NCBI GenBank assembly: GCA_964565195.1
Contig: CAZMCQ010000004.1
Coordinates: forward strand, 133 to 64,132
Direction of reading: 5' to 3'
DNA length: 64,000 nt
Source: an uncultured Candidatus Saccharibacteria bacterium
GTDB lineage: Bacteria; Patescibacteriota; Doudnabacteria; UBA920; 2-01-FULL-46-14
The position numbers and the translations under genes were made by a program. How positions within the stretch are numbered: position 1 is the first letter of the stretch; each line of letters opens with the position of its first letter. The notes beneath the pieces are model-generated. The model was not told the DNA's origin. It ran no database searches and was given only the letters and a program-made list of their open reading frames with translations. Positions 37,152 to 46,652 of the stretch are shown piece by piece.

Positions 37152-38390
37152 TTGGCGACCATGAATTTTTTTGAAATCACAAAAAAGGACGAAAATTCGC
37201 CGGCCCGCGCCGCAATTTTACATACGGCCGCAGGCCGGGTGCACACGCCGGCTTTTTTGCCGATCGCCACGCGCGGGGGAGTCAAGGCCGTGACCATGGA
37301 GGAGGTAAAATTCTGGGGCGCGGAAATAATTTTAGCCAATACTTATCATCTTTGGCAGCGGCCCGGAGACAATCTCATCCGCAAGCAGGGCGGGCTCCAC
37401 AAATTCATTGGCTGGTCCGGCCCGATCCTCACGGATTCGGGCGGGTTTCAGGTATTTTCCTTGGGAGAGAAAAGACATGTCCCTCTTCCGAAAAACCCTC
37501 TCCTTGAGAGGGGGGGGTGGCCGGAGGCCGGGAGGGGTAGAGATGCCCATGGCCGCGTTCTGAAGATAAGTGCAAAAGGCGTTCTATTTCACTCAGACCT
37601 TGATGGCGCGACCCGTGAGCTCACTCCCGAGGATTCGCTCAATATTCAATCTAACCTGGGGTCTGACATTGCGCTTGTCCTGGATTATTTTCCCGCATAC
37701 CCGTTTACGAAAGAAGGGATGCGGAAAGCAGTGCAGTTGACTTTGCAATGGGCCGAACGCAGCGCCAGACATTTTGAGAAAATCCGCGCTGCGGGCGTGA
37801 ACCCCGCGCAGCGCCTGTTCGGCATCGTGCAGGGCGGCGATTTCGCAGATTTGCGTAAACTGTGCGCGGAGAAATTGCGGGCAATGGATTTTGCGGGCTA
37901 CGCGATTGGCGGCGTGGCGGTCGGGGAGCCGATCGATGCGATGTACCGCGCGGTGGAGATGACAGTCCCTCATCTTGAGGAAGACAAGCCGCGGCACCTT
38001 TTGGGCGTCGGCACGCCGGAGCAGCTCATCGGCGCGGTCGCTCGTGGCTGTGATCTCTTTGATTGTGTTTTGCCGACGCGCAACGCGCGGCATGGCACGC
38101 TGTTTATAAATAATAAAAACGAGGGCGGCTACTCGATCCTGAACATTGACAACGCCAGTTTCGCCGAAGACGGGACGCCCGTGGACAACACCTGCAACTG
38201 CTACCTCTGCCTGCGGCACACGCGGGCCTATCTGCGGCACTTGTTTGCCACGCGCGATCCGCTTGCGGTGCGCCTCGCAACCATGCACAATCTGCGCTTT
38301 TATCTGAATCTGATGGAAAAAATCCGTCGCGCGATCGAGTATGATACTATGAGCGAGCTGCTTGGTGGTTTCCGGCGGAGTATTGTATAA
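37152..38390 (+). CDS. tgt: Queuine tRNA-ribosyltransferase carrying an in-frame insertion of about 30 aa.
   Basis: DSGGFQVFSL, LLGVGTPE, CVLPTRNARHG, Zn site CNCYLC...H; inserted segment GEKRHVPLPKNPLLERGGWPEAGRGRDAHG. Confidence 0.9.
   Translation: MATMNFFEITKKDENSPARAAILHTAAGRVHTPAFLPIATRGGVKAVTMEEVKFWGAEIILANTYHLWQRPGDNLIRKQGGLHKFIGWSGPILTDSGGFQVFSLGEKRHVPLPKNPLLERGGWPEAGRGRDAHGRVLKISAKGVLFHSDLDGATRELTPEDSLNIQSNLGSDIALVLDYFPAYPFTKEGMRKAVQLTLQWAERSARHFEKIRAAGVNPAQRLFGIVQGGDFADLRKLCAEKLRAMDFAGYAIGGVAVGEPIDAMYRAVEMTVPHLEEDKPRHLLGVGTPEQLIGAVARGCDLFDCVLPTRNARHGTLFINNKNEGGYSILNIDNASFAEDGTPVDNTCNCYLCLRHTRAYLRHLFATRDPLAVRLATMHNLRFYLNLMEKIRRAIEYDTMSELLGGFRRSIV
37481..37540 (+). repeat. GC-rich palindromic element in frame in tgt.
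   Basis: ccctcttccgaaaaaccctctccttgagaggggggggtggccggaggccgggagggg. Confidence 0.65.
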
Positions 38391-38404
38391 TTTATACAAA
38401 CCAA

Positions 38405-39298
38405 ATGAAGAAACTTCTCCTGATAATTTGTCTTAGTTTTATCCTCATTTCTCCATTTTTCGCTCTCGCGGCCGAATCAGGGCTCGGCGACACTGGTTTT
38501 GAAACAGTTTGTAAGAAGGGGGGCGAACTCGCCTTAGGTGCCTGCATTGCCAACATCTATAAACTTTCCCTGGGTTTAGGCGCCGTGGTGGCGCTCTTCA
38601 TGACCATTCTGGCCGGCTACCGGTATATGAATGCGGCCGGCAACGCCGAGCAGGTGGAGAGCGCCAAGGAATCCTTTACCTACGCGATCACCGGCCTCAT
38701 CATCCTCTTCGTGGCCTATGCCCTGCTCTACACGATCAACCCAGACCTGGTGAAATTCCGCAAGGTCGGGGACATCGGCAAGCTGCCGGCGATAGTGTTT
38801 CAGGCGCCGGCTCCGCCTATCACGGGTCCAGCTATTGATTTGGCCAAACAGATCCAGGGTCTAGCCGCACGGATCACTTTGGCCATGGTGCATGCCTCCG
38901 GCAATTCCGACAACGCGACCGCGAGAAAGAATATTGACGATACGGCAGAGGGCCGGGAGGCTTTGCACAGCTGCTATGGTACAGCACCTTGCAAAAGTGT
39001 GGCTTTGGATGAAACCATGCTCGGCGCGATGATCGAACTCGCGAAAACTTATTCATTTTCTGTAAGCGAGATCGCCGGCGGCGCACACAGCGCCAATTCC
39101 GCTCATTATGCCGGTCGCGCTTTTGATGTGAATTATATAAATGGAACTCGTGTTAACGCGAGCCACCCTTCGCAGCAGGCGTTCAGAGATAAATGCCGGA
39201 CCTTGGGCGCGGTGCAATATCTGGGCCCGGGCGCTGCCGGACATTCGACCCATATCCACTGCGCCTGGGCAGCCGGCGGGACGGATATAGGAGATTAA
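38405..39298 (+). CDS. Fusion protein: TrbC/VirB2-like pilin N-terminal region plus peptidase M15 (VanY/D-Ala-D-Ala carboxypeptidase-like) domain.
   Basis: Signal peptide plus two TM helices (LGLGAVVALFMTILAGYRYM...ITGLIILFVAYALLYTINP); M15 motifs SAHYAGRAFDVNY and HSTHIHCAW. Confidence 0.55.
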   Translation: MKKLLLIICLSFILISPFFALAAESGLGDTGFETVCKKGGELALGACIANIYKLSLGLGAVVALFMTILAGYRYMNAAGNAEQVESAKESFTYAITGLIILFVAYALLYTINPDLVKFRKVGDIGKLPAIVFQAPAPPITGPAIDLAKQIQGLAARITLAMVHASGNSDNATARKNIDDTAEGREALHSCYGTAPCKSVALDETMLGAMIELAKTYSFSVSEIAGGAHSANSAHYAGRAFDVNYINGTRVNASHPSQQAFRDKCRTLGAVQYLGPGAAGHSTHIHCAWAAGGTDIGD

Positions 39299-39299
39299 T

Positions 39300-40625
39300 A
39301 TGGCTAGTATCAATAATCTGATGGACAAAATTGTTGCGCTGTGCAAACGGCGGGGTTTCGTTTTTCCCGGCTCGGAAATTTACGGCGGCCTGGCCGGGAC
39401 ATGGGATTATGGCCCTCTGGGGTCGCTTTTGAAAAAAAACATTAAAGATGAATGGTGGCGCGACACGGTTCAGTTAAGGGATGATATGGTGGGTCTGGAT
39501 GCCTCCATCATGATGAATCCCAGGGCTTGGGAAGCGTCAGGGCACGTTGAGGCATTTACCGATCCTTTGGTGGAATGCAAAGTCTGCCATGAAAGATTCA
39601 GGGCCGACAATGCAAGCGAAATCAAGCAGCACGAGAAAACCCATCAGGGCAGGGAGGTCAGCTGGACTGCACCTAGAAAATTTAATCTTTTGGTTAAAGC
39701 TTACCTCGGGATCATTGAAGGCGAGCAGTCAGAGGTTTATTTACGGGGCGAAATTACAAACGGCGTGAGCGTGAACTTTAAAAATGTTTTGAATTCAACT
39801 CGAGTCAAAGTTCCTTTTGGCATCGCGCAAATCGGAAAGGCGTTCAGAAACGAAATCACGCCGGGCAATTTTATGTTCCGCTCGCGCGAGTTCGAGCAAA
39901 TGGAGACCCAGTTTTATATCAAACCAGACGAAGGCCAAGGTCAAAAATGGTTTGCGTATTGGAAACAGAACCGAATGGATTGGTATGTGGGGATGGGCAT
40001 CAGGAAGGAAAATCTGCGCTTCAAGGATCACAAACCCGAGGAGCGTGCGCATTACGCGAGGGCCGCGACAGATCTCGAATACAACTCTCCGTTTGGCTGG
40101 GCGGAATTCATGGGGATTCACCACCGCGGTGACTGGGATTTAAAGCGGCACCAGGAATTTTCAAAAGTTGCTTTGCAATACAAGGATCCGGAGAGCGGCG
40201 AGGAATATTTACCGCATGATATTGAAACATCCGCCGGGGTGGACCGATCGCTGCTATTTTTTCTTATGGATGCCTATTCGGAAGAGAAAGAGAGGATTGT
40301 CTTGAAACTCCACCCGAAACTCGCACCCTATAAAGTTGCGGTTTTTCCGCTCCTCAAAAACAAACCCGAGCTTGTGAAACTCGCGCGTAAAATTTATGAC
40401 GACCTCCGCCCCGTCTTTCTGACGGCTTGGGACGACCGCGGCAACATCGGCAAACGTTATTTCTCGCAGGACGAGATCGGCACACCCTATTGCATCACCG
40501 TGGATTTTGACTCCTTGGAAAAAAATGATGTGACGGTGAGGGATCGGGATACAATGAAGCAAATTCGTCTCCCGATAATCCAATTAACTGATTACTTAAA
40601 TAAAAAATTAAATATCAAAATGTAA
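39300..40625 (+). CDS. glyQS: Glycine--tRNA ligase (alpha2-type class II).
   Basis: Class II motifs, FRNEITPGNFMFRSREFEQME, GIHHRGDWDL; 441 aa. Confidence 0.9.
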   Translation: MASINNLMDKIVALCKRRGFVFPGSEIYGGLAGTWDYGPLGSLLKKNIKDEWWRDTVQLRDDMVGLDASIMMNPRAWEASGHVEAFTDPLVECKVCHERFRADNASEIKQHEKTHQGREVSWTAPRKFNLLVKAYLGIIEGEQSEVYLRGEITNGVSVNFKNVLNSTRVKVPFGIAQIGKAFRNEITPGNFMFRSREFEQMETQFYIKPDEGQGQKWFAYWKQNRMDWYVGMGIRKENLRFKDHKPEERAHYARAATDLEYNSPFGWAEFMGIHHRGDWDLKRHQEFSKVALQYKDPESGEEYLPHDIETSAGVDRSLLFFLMDAYSEEKERIVLKLHPKLAPYKVAVFPLLKNKPELVKLARKIYDDLRPVFLTAWDDRGNIGKRYFSQDEIGTPYCITVDFDSLEKNDVTVRDRDTMKQIRLPIIQLTDYLNKKLNIKM

Positions 40626-40700
40626 AATGACAATGTAAAATCCAAAGTTTTTAATTTTTATTTGTCATTTTGATTTTTGATATTTTCATTTTAAATTACC
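40626..40700. repeat. Intergenic inverted-repeat element (family copy B).
   Basis: caaaatgtaaaatgacaatg ... tttgtcattttgatttttga. Confidence 0.6.
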
Positions 40701-40701
40701 C

Positions 40702-41805
40702 GTGGATTATCTTCCGAGAGTCAAAAAACTCCAATCATATCTTCGAGAAAACGCGCTGGACGCGTTTCTTGTTCTCACGAAGGTCAATCGTCAATATCTT
40801 TCCGGCTTCACGGGCTCTGCCGGAGCGCTTTTAATTCGCAAAAACAAGGTCGGGCTTTATGTTGACGACCGCTATACGATCCGCGCGAGGCGAGAGAGTA
40901 AATTGCCGATCAAACCCCTCACCCGGCTTAGAGCCGACCTCTCCCGCAAGGGGCGAGGTAAGACGGGGATAGAAGACAAGATCATGCTGCGGGAATTTTT
41001 GAAGATTCAGAAAATAACGCGGCGACTCGAGGTAACTTCAAATGTTATCGAAAACATCCGCGCGGTTAAATCCAAAGAAGAGTTAAGACACATTGCCAAG
41101 GGCAGCCGGATCATCGACGAGATATTTCGCCGCGTTAAGCGATTGGCAAAGCCAGGCATCACCGAGGCCGCGGTATCTCTCGAGATCGGCAGATTGGCAA
41201 AAAAACTGGGCGGCGACGGGCTCGCGTTTGATCCGATCGTGGCTTTTGGGGCCAATGCTGCCTCGCCGCACCAATTTTCGGAAAATCGGAAAATCGGAAA
41301 AAATAACTTTCTCTTGCTCGATTTCGGCGTTCTGGTAAAAGGATATCATTCCGATTTCACAAGGACTTTGTTTATCGGAAAACCAAACCGAAAGCAGGAA
41401 AAGATTTATCATACTGTTCTCGAAGCGCAGCTTCGCGCCATTGAGGCTACCGCGACCCCTTCTCAACCTCCCCCTCGTGAGGGGGAGAAGAAAGAGGGGG
41501 TCATAGTTGTCAAAGCAAAAGATATCGATTCGGTAGCGCGCCGATTTATCGGCAATGCCGGCTTCGGCAAATATTTTACGCACAACACCGGCCACGGGGT
41601 GGGGTTGGAAATTCACGAGCTGCCCAATTTTTCGCCGGATTCGACGGACATTTTACAAAAAGATATGGTTGTCACAGTCGAACCTGGTATTTATCTGCCA
41701 CAATCCGGGGGAGTGAGGATTGAAGATATGGTCATCGTTGGAGAGAAGCCACGAGTGCTTTCGGAAATCCACAAGGATTTAAAGAGTATGGTTGTTGATG
41801 TATAA
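40702..41805 (+). CDS. pepP: Xaa-Pro aminopeptidase (M24B family) carrying two in-frame palindromic insertions.
   Basis: HNTGHGVGLEIHELP, metal ligands; creatinase-like N-domain. Confidence 0.85.
   Translation: MDYLPRVKKLQSYLRENALDAFLVLTKVNRQYLSGFTGSAGALLIRKNKVGLYVDDRYTIRARRESKLPIKPLTRLRADLSRKGRGKTGIEDKIMLREFLKIQKITRRLEVTSNVIENIRAVKSKEELRHIAKGSRIIDEIFRRVKRLAKPGITEAAVSLEIGRLAKKLGGDGLAFDPIVAFGANAASPHQFSENRKIGKNNFLLLDFGVLVKGYHSDFTRTLFIGKPNRKQEKIYHTVLEAQLRAIEATATPSQPPPREGEKKEGVIVVKAKDIDSVARRFIGNAGFGKYFTHNTGHGVGLEIHELPNFSPDSTDILQKDMVVTVEPGIYLPQSGGVRIEDMVIVGEKPRVLSEIHKDLKSMVVDV
40914..40966 (+). repeat. GC-rich palindromic element in frame in pepP (encodes ...DLSRKGRGKTG).
   Basis: cccctcacccggcttagagccgacctctcccgcaaggggcgagg shares cccctcaccc and ctctcccgcaagggg with the copies at 53324 and 58531. 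Confidence 0.7.
41467..41500 (+). repeat. GC-rich palindromic element in frame in pepP (encodes SQPPPREGEKKEG).
   Basis: Perfect palindrome CTCCCCCTC-GTG-AGGGGGAG. Confidence 0.7.
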
Positions 41806-41893
41806 TGAAAAATGTAAAGATCAAAAATCAAAATTACAGATTAAAATTTAAAATTTTGCATTGTCATTTTCCATTTTGATTTTTTATTTTTGA
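41806..41893. repeat. Intergenic inverted-repeat element (family copy C).
   Basis: aaaaatcaaaattacag ... gcattgtcattttccattttgatttttt. Confidence 0.55.
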
Positions 41894-41896
41894 TTT

Positions 41897-43162
41897 ATGT
41901 ATAGCAAAACTACTCTCAAGAACGGCTTGACGATACTAAAAGTCCCCATCCCTTCGGCCAAGTCAGTCCTCGTGGACGTTTTTGTCAAAGTCGGCTCGCG
42001 GCAGGAGCGGCCGCAGGTCAACGGCATTTCCCATTTCCTGGAGCATTTGTTTTTCAAAGGCTCAAAAAAATTCCCGACGGCCCAGGATCTCTCACACGCG
42101 CTGGACGCGATCGGCGCGGAATACAATGCCAATACCGGCAAGGAGCACACCCAATTTTACATCAAGGCCGCCAAAAAACACTTGCCGTTTATTTTCGAAG
42201 TTCTCACGGACATGCTGCAGAGCCCGGTTTTTGATCCGGCGGAGATTGAGCGTGAAAAAGGCGTGATCATCGAGGAGATCAATATGTATGAGGATACGCC
42301 GATGCGCCACGTCGAGGACATTCTCGAGGAGACGATGTGGCCGCGTCATCCCTTGGGCCGCAATATTGCCGGGACCAAAGCAGTCGTCCGTAAAATCACG
42401 CCGGCTGACATCCATAATTACGTCAGTATCTATTACCAGCCGCAAAACATTATCCTGGCAGTGACCGGCAGCTTCCCGGATGCCGTTGTGGATAAATTTA
42501 TCAATCGCTACTGGGCGCGGCTTACGCGGAAGCGATCCCCGGCCTGGCGGCGGGTGCGCGGCCGGCAGCGGAGCCTGCGCGCGGCCGCCCTGGCGAAAAA
42601 GACCGAACAGTACCACCTCGCGCTTGGTTTTTTATCTTATTCGCACAATCACCCGGACAACATCGCGCAGACGGTGCTCGCGACTATTCTCGGCGGAGGA
42701 ATGAGTTCGCGGCTTTTCACCGAGATTCGCGAGCGGCGTGGCTGGGCGTATTATGTCCGCGCGAGCGCGGCGAACTACCAGGACACCGGGAACTTTGTGA
42801 TTCAGGCCGGCGTGCGGCGGGAAGTTTTGTTAAATGTCTTGAAGACCGTCTCACTGGAACTGGCCAAGATCAAATCCATTCCGGTCGGCAAGCGCGAGCT
42901 CGATAAAGCCAAGGAATATCTCAAAGGCACGCTCACCCTTTCTCTGGAGGCAAGCGAAAGTCTCCTCGGGTGGTTTCTGGAACAGACTGCCTTCCGTAAG
43001 AAAATTTTAATTCCAGAAGAGGCCTTTCGGCTGGTGGACCGCGTGACGGCGGGCGATATCCGGCGCGTGGCGCGGGATATTTTTCAAATGAAGCGAGCGA
43101 GTTTTGCCCTGATTGGCCCAAAAAAACAGGACAGCCGCCTGAAAAAGCTGCTCCGCTTCTAG
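41897..43162 (+). CDS. M16-family zinc peptidase (insulinase-like).
   Basis: HxxEH motif HFLEHLFFKGS plus downstream E; 421 aa. Confidence 0.85.
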   Translation: MYSKTTLKNGLTILKVPIPSAKSVLVDVFVKVGSRQERPQVNGISHFLEHLFFKGSKKFPTAQDLSHALDAIGAEYNANTGKEHTQFYIKAAKKHLPFIFEVLTDMLQSPVFDPAEIEREKGVIIEEINMYEDTPMRHVEDILEETMWPRHPLGRNIAGTKAVVRKITPADIHNYVSIYYQPQNIILAVTGSFPDAVVDKFINRYWARLTRKRSPAWRRVRGRQRSLRAAALAKKTEQYHLALGFLSYSHNHPDNIAQTVLATILGGGMSSRLFTEIRERRGWAYYVRASAANYQDTGNFVIQAGVRREVLLNVLKTVSLELAKIKSIPVGKRELDKAKEYLKGTLTLSLEASESLLGWFLEQTAFRKKILIPEEAFRLVDRVTAGDIRRVARDIFQMKRASFALIGPKKQDSRLKKLLRF

Positions 43163-43180
43163 ACGTGGTATAATGAATTT

Positions 43181-44224
43181 ATGACAGCCAATCCGCCGCA
43201 GAAGGTGCTGGTGCAGATCTCCACCATGGCGATTGTTAAGGTGGTCGCCGCCGGGCTGCTTTTGGTCGGGCTGTTTATCATCCGCGACGTGCTTTTGACC
43301 TTGCTGGTCGCGATCGTGATTGCCTCGGCCATTGATCCGCTTGTAGACTGGCTGTACCGCAAGGCCAGATTTCCCCGCGGACTCACGGTCGTATTGGTCT
43401 ACCTCATCGTGATCGGGGTTGTGGCGACGATCGTTTACTTCATGGTTCCGCCGATTGTGATCCAGTTTCAGGAGCTCTCGGGGCGTCTGGGCGAATTCCG
43501 CGAGGAGCTCGCCGGCGGGCGAACGTCCTTTACGCGCCTCCTAAACCAGCTTGGCATTACCAACGTCGTCTCTACCGTGCGCGATTATTTCGGCAGTTTT
43601 GCGGGCAACGTTTTCCGAACCACCCTCGGCGTTTTCAGCGGGGTAGCCGACCTCATCGCTATTCTGGTCATCTCTTTTTATCTTGTTTCTTCGGAGAGCG
43701 GGATGAAAAATCTCGTCCGGTCGCTGGTGCCGTTCAAACACCAGGCCTATGCTGTGCGCCTCACTGACAAAGTGCAGAACAAAATCGGTCACTGGCTTTT
43801 GGGGCAACTCATCCTCTCCTTCTCCATTTTTCTGCCGACCTACATCGGCCTGTCCATCCTCGGCGTGAAATTTGCTTTGGCGCTCGCGCTCCTGGCCGGA
43901 CTCCTGGAAATTGTGCCCTACCTCGGGCCAGTACTCTCGGCGCTGCCCGCGTTGTTTATCGCGGTTGTGCAGTATCCGCCTCTGGCGCTGTTTGTGCTTC
44001 TCCTTTATATCATCATTCAGCAGGTGGAAAATTACGTGCTGGTCCCGAAAATAATGGGCCGCACAGTGGGTGCCAATCCGGTGGTGATTTTGCTTGCGGT
44101 GCTGATCGGTTTCAAATTGGCAGGCATTCTGGGAATGCTGCTCGCGGTCCCGATTGTCGCGGCCCTGCAGGTGTTTTTCAGCGACTTTATCGAGACGCGG
44201 GAGCAGCGCGCGCGAGAAATTTGA
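43181..44224 (+). CDS. AI-2E family transporter (PerM/YhhT, UPF0118).
   Basis: Eight TM helices with the typical AI-2E topology and conserved C-terminal helices. Confidence 0.7.
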   Translation: MTANPPQKVLVQISTMAIVKVVAAGLLLVGLFIIRDVLLTLLVAIVIASAIDPLVDWLYRKARFPRGLTVVLVYLIVIGVVATIVYFMVPPIVIQFQELSGRLGEFREELAGGRTSFTRLLNQLGITNVVSTVRDYFGSFAGNVFRTTLGVFSGVADLIAILVISFYLVSSESGMKNLVRSLVPFKHQAYAVRLTDKVQNKIGHWLLGQLILSFSIFLPTYIGLSILGVKFALALALLAGLLEIVPYLGPVLSALPALFIAVVQYPPLALFVLLLYIIIQQVENYVLVPKIMGRTVGANPVVILLAVLIGFKLAGILGMLLAVPIVAALQVFFSDFIETREQRAREI

Positions 44225-44240
44225 AATTGCGAAAACATTA

Positions 44241-44284
44241 AAAACCCCGTATAATAAAAGGGTTTTAAGGCCCTTATTTTTTTA
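44241..44284 (+). terminator. Rho-independent terminator (AAAACCCC-loop-GGGGTTTT plus T-run); the loop contains a TATAAT that may serve metG.
   Basis: aaaaccccgtataataaaagggtttt...cttatttttttatt. Confidence 0.6.
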
Positions 44285-44289
44285 TTCCG

Positions 44290-45693
44290 ATGGACAAATT
44301 TTACATCACCACGCCGATTTATTACGTGAATGACAAACCACACATCGGCTCGGCCTACCCGACCATTGCGGCCGATGTTTTGGCGCGTTTTTACCGCGCG
44401 GCCGGCGTGCCGACGTTTTTTCTTGCGGGCACGGCTGAACACGGCACGAAAATCGAAAACAGCGCCAAACAAGCCGGGAAAAACATCCAGGAATTTGTGG
44501 ACGAGAATTCGGCTAAATTTTCCCTGGCCTGGGATATTTTGGAAATCAGCAACGACGATTTTATCCGGACGACTGAAGATAGACACGAACAGGCGGTAGT
44601 TTCTTTTTTTGAGAAACTCAAAGCATCCGGCAAAGTTTATGAGGGAGAGTATGAAGGGCTGTATTGTGTGGGTCATGAATCATTTGTCAAAGAAGGGGAT
44701 TTGGTTGGCGGGCTATGCCCGGATCACAAAACCAAGCCGGAAAGAGTTAAAGAAAAAAATTGGTTTTTTAAACTTTCCGACTATACCGGAATTTTGAAGA
44801 GCAAAATCGAGAGCGGCGAATTCGCGATTGAGCCGGAGTCGCGACGGAACGAAATCCTTTCGTTTATTGCGCAGGGGCTTGAGGATATCGCCATCTCGCG
44901 GCAGAACGTGCGCTGGGCGATCCCTCTGCCCTGGGACAAATCGCAGACCATCTATGTCTGGCTCGACGAACTTTATAATTATGTTTCCGCGGGAGGGAAA
45001 AACTGGCCGGCAGATCTGCATATTGTCGGTAAGGACATCATCAAATTCCACTGTATCATCTGGCCGGCACTGCTCGAGGCGGTTGGATTGCCGTGGCCGA
45101 GAAAGGTTTTTGCGCATGGGTTCTTTACCATCGATGGTCAGAAGATCAGCAAAACACTTGGCAATGCGATTGATCCCGTGGAACTTGCCCAAAAATACGG
45201 CGCGGACGCAGTACGATATTTTTTGCTGCGAGAGATTCCGTTTGGCCAGGACGGCGATTTCTCTATAAAGAAGCTCGAGGCGCGCTACGAAGGGGATCTC
45301 GCCAACGGCCTGGGCAATCTGTTTTCGCGCCTGGCGACTTTAGTGGCGCAAAACTTGGCTGGAAAAATTCCTGATATTGTGGAGAGCCCCAAAGATTTAA
45401 GCGCAGTGGATAAACTGACGCAAGATTTGAAGTTTCACGAGGCCCTGGCGCGGATTTGGGAGCAGATCGCCTGGGCGAATAAATACATTGACGAGACCAA
45501 GCCGTGGGAGTTGGTGAAGAAAGACCCCAAACTTTTTGCGGAAGTGATCTCATCGCTGGCCGCGCTGCTTTGTGAGATTGCTTTGAAACTCGCGCCGTAT
45601 CTGCCGGAAACGGCGGAGCAGATCAGATCGGCTCTCTCTGCTGAAAAGATCGTGAAGCCCGAACCGCTCTTTCCGAGATTCAATGTTGATTGA
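44290..45693 (+). CDS. metG: Methionine--tRNA ligase (short form).
   Basis: PHIGSAY (HIGH), KISKTLGN (KMSKS), anticodon-binding domain. Confidence 0.95.
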   Translation: MDKFYITTPIYYVNDKPHIGSAYPTIAADVLARFYRAAGVPTFFLAGTAEHGTKIENSAKQAGKNIQEFVDENSAKFSLAWDILEISNDDFIRTTEDRHEQAVVSFFEKLKASGKVYEGEYEGLYCVGHESFVKEGDLVGGLCPDHKTKPERVKEKNWFFKLSDYTGILKSKIESGEFAIEPESRRNEILSFIAQGLEDIAISRQNVRWAIPLPWDKSQTIYVWLDELYNYVSAGGKNWPADLHIVGKDIIKFHCIIWPALLEAVGLPWPRKVFAHGFFTIDGQKISKTLGNAIDPVELAQKYGADAVRYFLLREIPFGQDGDFSIKKLEARYEGDLANGLGNLFSRLATLVAQNLAGKIPDIVESPKDLSAVDKLTQDLKFHEALARIWEQIAWANKYIDETKPWELVKKDPKLFAEVISSLAALLCEIALKLAPYLPETAEQIRSALSAEKIVKPEPLFPRFNVD

Positions 45694-46588
45694 CACCCAC
45701 AGCCATGTTAATTTTCAGGCTTTCAAAAACGACTATGACGATGTTATTCGTCGGTCATTGGGAAGTGGCGTTTGGCTGATCAATGTCGGCACGCAGTTTG
45801 AGACTTCGCGCCGCGCCGTGGAACTTGCGGAACAATACTCGGACGGCGTTTACGCGGCTGTGGCGCTCCACCCGATCCACCTTTTCGAGCACCACGTGGA
45901 TGAGGAGGAAACGAGCTTCAACGCGCGCGGCGAAGAGTTCAATCTGCAAAGCTACAAAGATCTAGTCCTGCGCTCAACCAAGGTGGTTGCCATCGGCGAG
46001 TTTGGCCTGGATTACTACCGGATGCCAGAGGGTGAGGATCAAGAGGGGGTGAAAAAAGTCCAAGAGGAGGCGGTGAAGCAGCATCTAATTTTAGCCAAGG
46101 CGGTTGATAGGCCGTTGATGTTGCATGTTCGCTCCTCGCAAGGAAGCCAAGATGCCTACGAAGATTTATTAAGAATTCTCGACCGCCAAGCAGGCAACCT
46201 CTCCCCCCACCCCTCCCCAGGCTTGGGGAGGGCGACCGACAGGCCGGGAGAGGTCGAATCATGGTACCGAGGAGTAATTCATAGTTTTACCGGCAGCCTT
46301 GAAACAGCACAAGAGTTTGTTAAGCGCGGTTTTTATATTGGTCTCAATGGCATCATCACCTTTGATAAAACTGGCCGGAGCGAGGAGGTTGTCAAAAACA
46401 CGCCGCTTGATATGATAGTTCTCGAGACTGACGCGCCCTACCTTACGCCCGCGCCGTACCGCGGCCAGCGCAACGAACCATCGTATGTAAAATACGTCGC
46501 CGACAAGATCGCCGCGATCAAGGGCATTGAGGTAGCCGAAGTCGAATTTGCCACTACGCGCAACGCGCGCCAACTGTTTCGAGTGTAA
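45683..46588 (+). CDS. tatD: TatD-family metal-dependent deoxyribonuclease carrying an in-frame palindromic insertion.
   Basis: MLIDTHSHVNF, ...GEFGLDYY..., HVRSS..., DAPYLTP. Confidence 0.85.
   Translation: MLIDTHSHVNFQAFKNDYDDVIRRSLGSGVWLINVGTQFETSRRAVELAEQYSDGVYAAVALHPIHLFEHHVDEEETSFNARGEEFNLQSYKDLVLRSTKVVAIGEFGLDYYRMPEGEDQEGVKKVQEEAVKQHLILAKAVDRPLMLHVRSSQGSQDAYEDLLRILDRQAGNLSPHPSPGLGRATDRPGEVESWYRGVIHSFTGSLETAQEFVKRGFYIGLNGIITFDKTGRSEEVVKNTPLDMIVLETDAPYLTPAPYRGQRNEPSYVKYVADKIAAIKGIEVAEVEFATTRNARQLFRV
46197..46253 (+). repeat. Nested GC-rich palindromic element in frame in tatD (encodes NLSPHPSPGLGRATDRPGEV).
   Basis: cctctcccc..ccacccctcccc-aggctt-ggggaggg...gggagagg. Confidence 0.7.
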
Positions 46589-46609
46589 AAAACCTAAACT
46601 TTATTTATT

Positions 46610-46641
46610 ACCAAAATTTACGCAATTGCATAAAATTTGGT
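46610..46641 (+). promoter_or_regulatory. 32-bp palindromic operator-like site (ACCAAAATTTACGCAATTGCATAAAATTTGGT) overlapping a TAGAAT -10 upstream of 46653.
   Basis: Dyad symmetry about GCAATTGC; a near-identical copy lies at 47341. Confidence 0.55.
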
Positions 46642-46652
46642 AGAATAGAACC

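Noticed and set aside
39550-39680. C2H2 zinc-finger-like CKVCHERFRADNASEIKQHEKTH segment in GlyRS as a novel insertion.
   Set aside because: A CxxC...RAD segment at this position is, to my recollection, a normal feature of alpha2-type bacterial GlyRS, so it is not novel.
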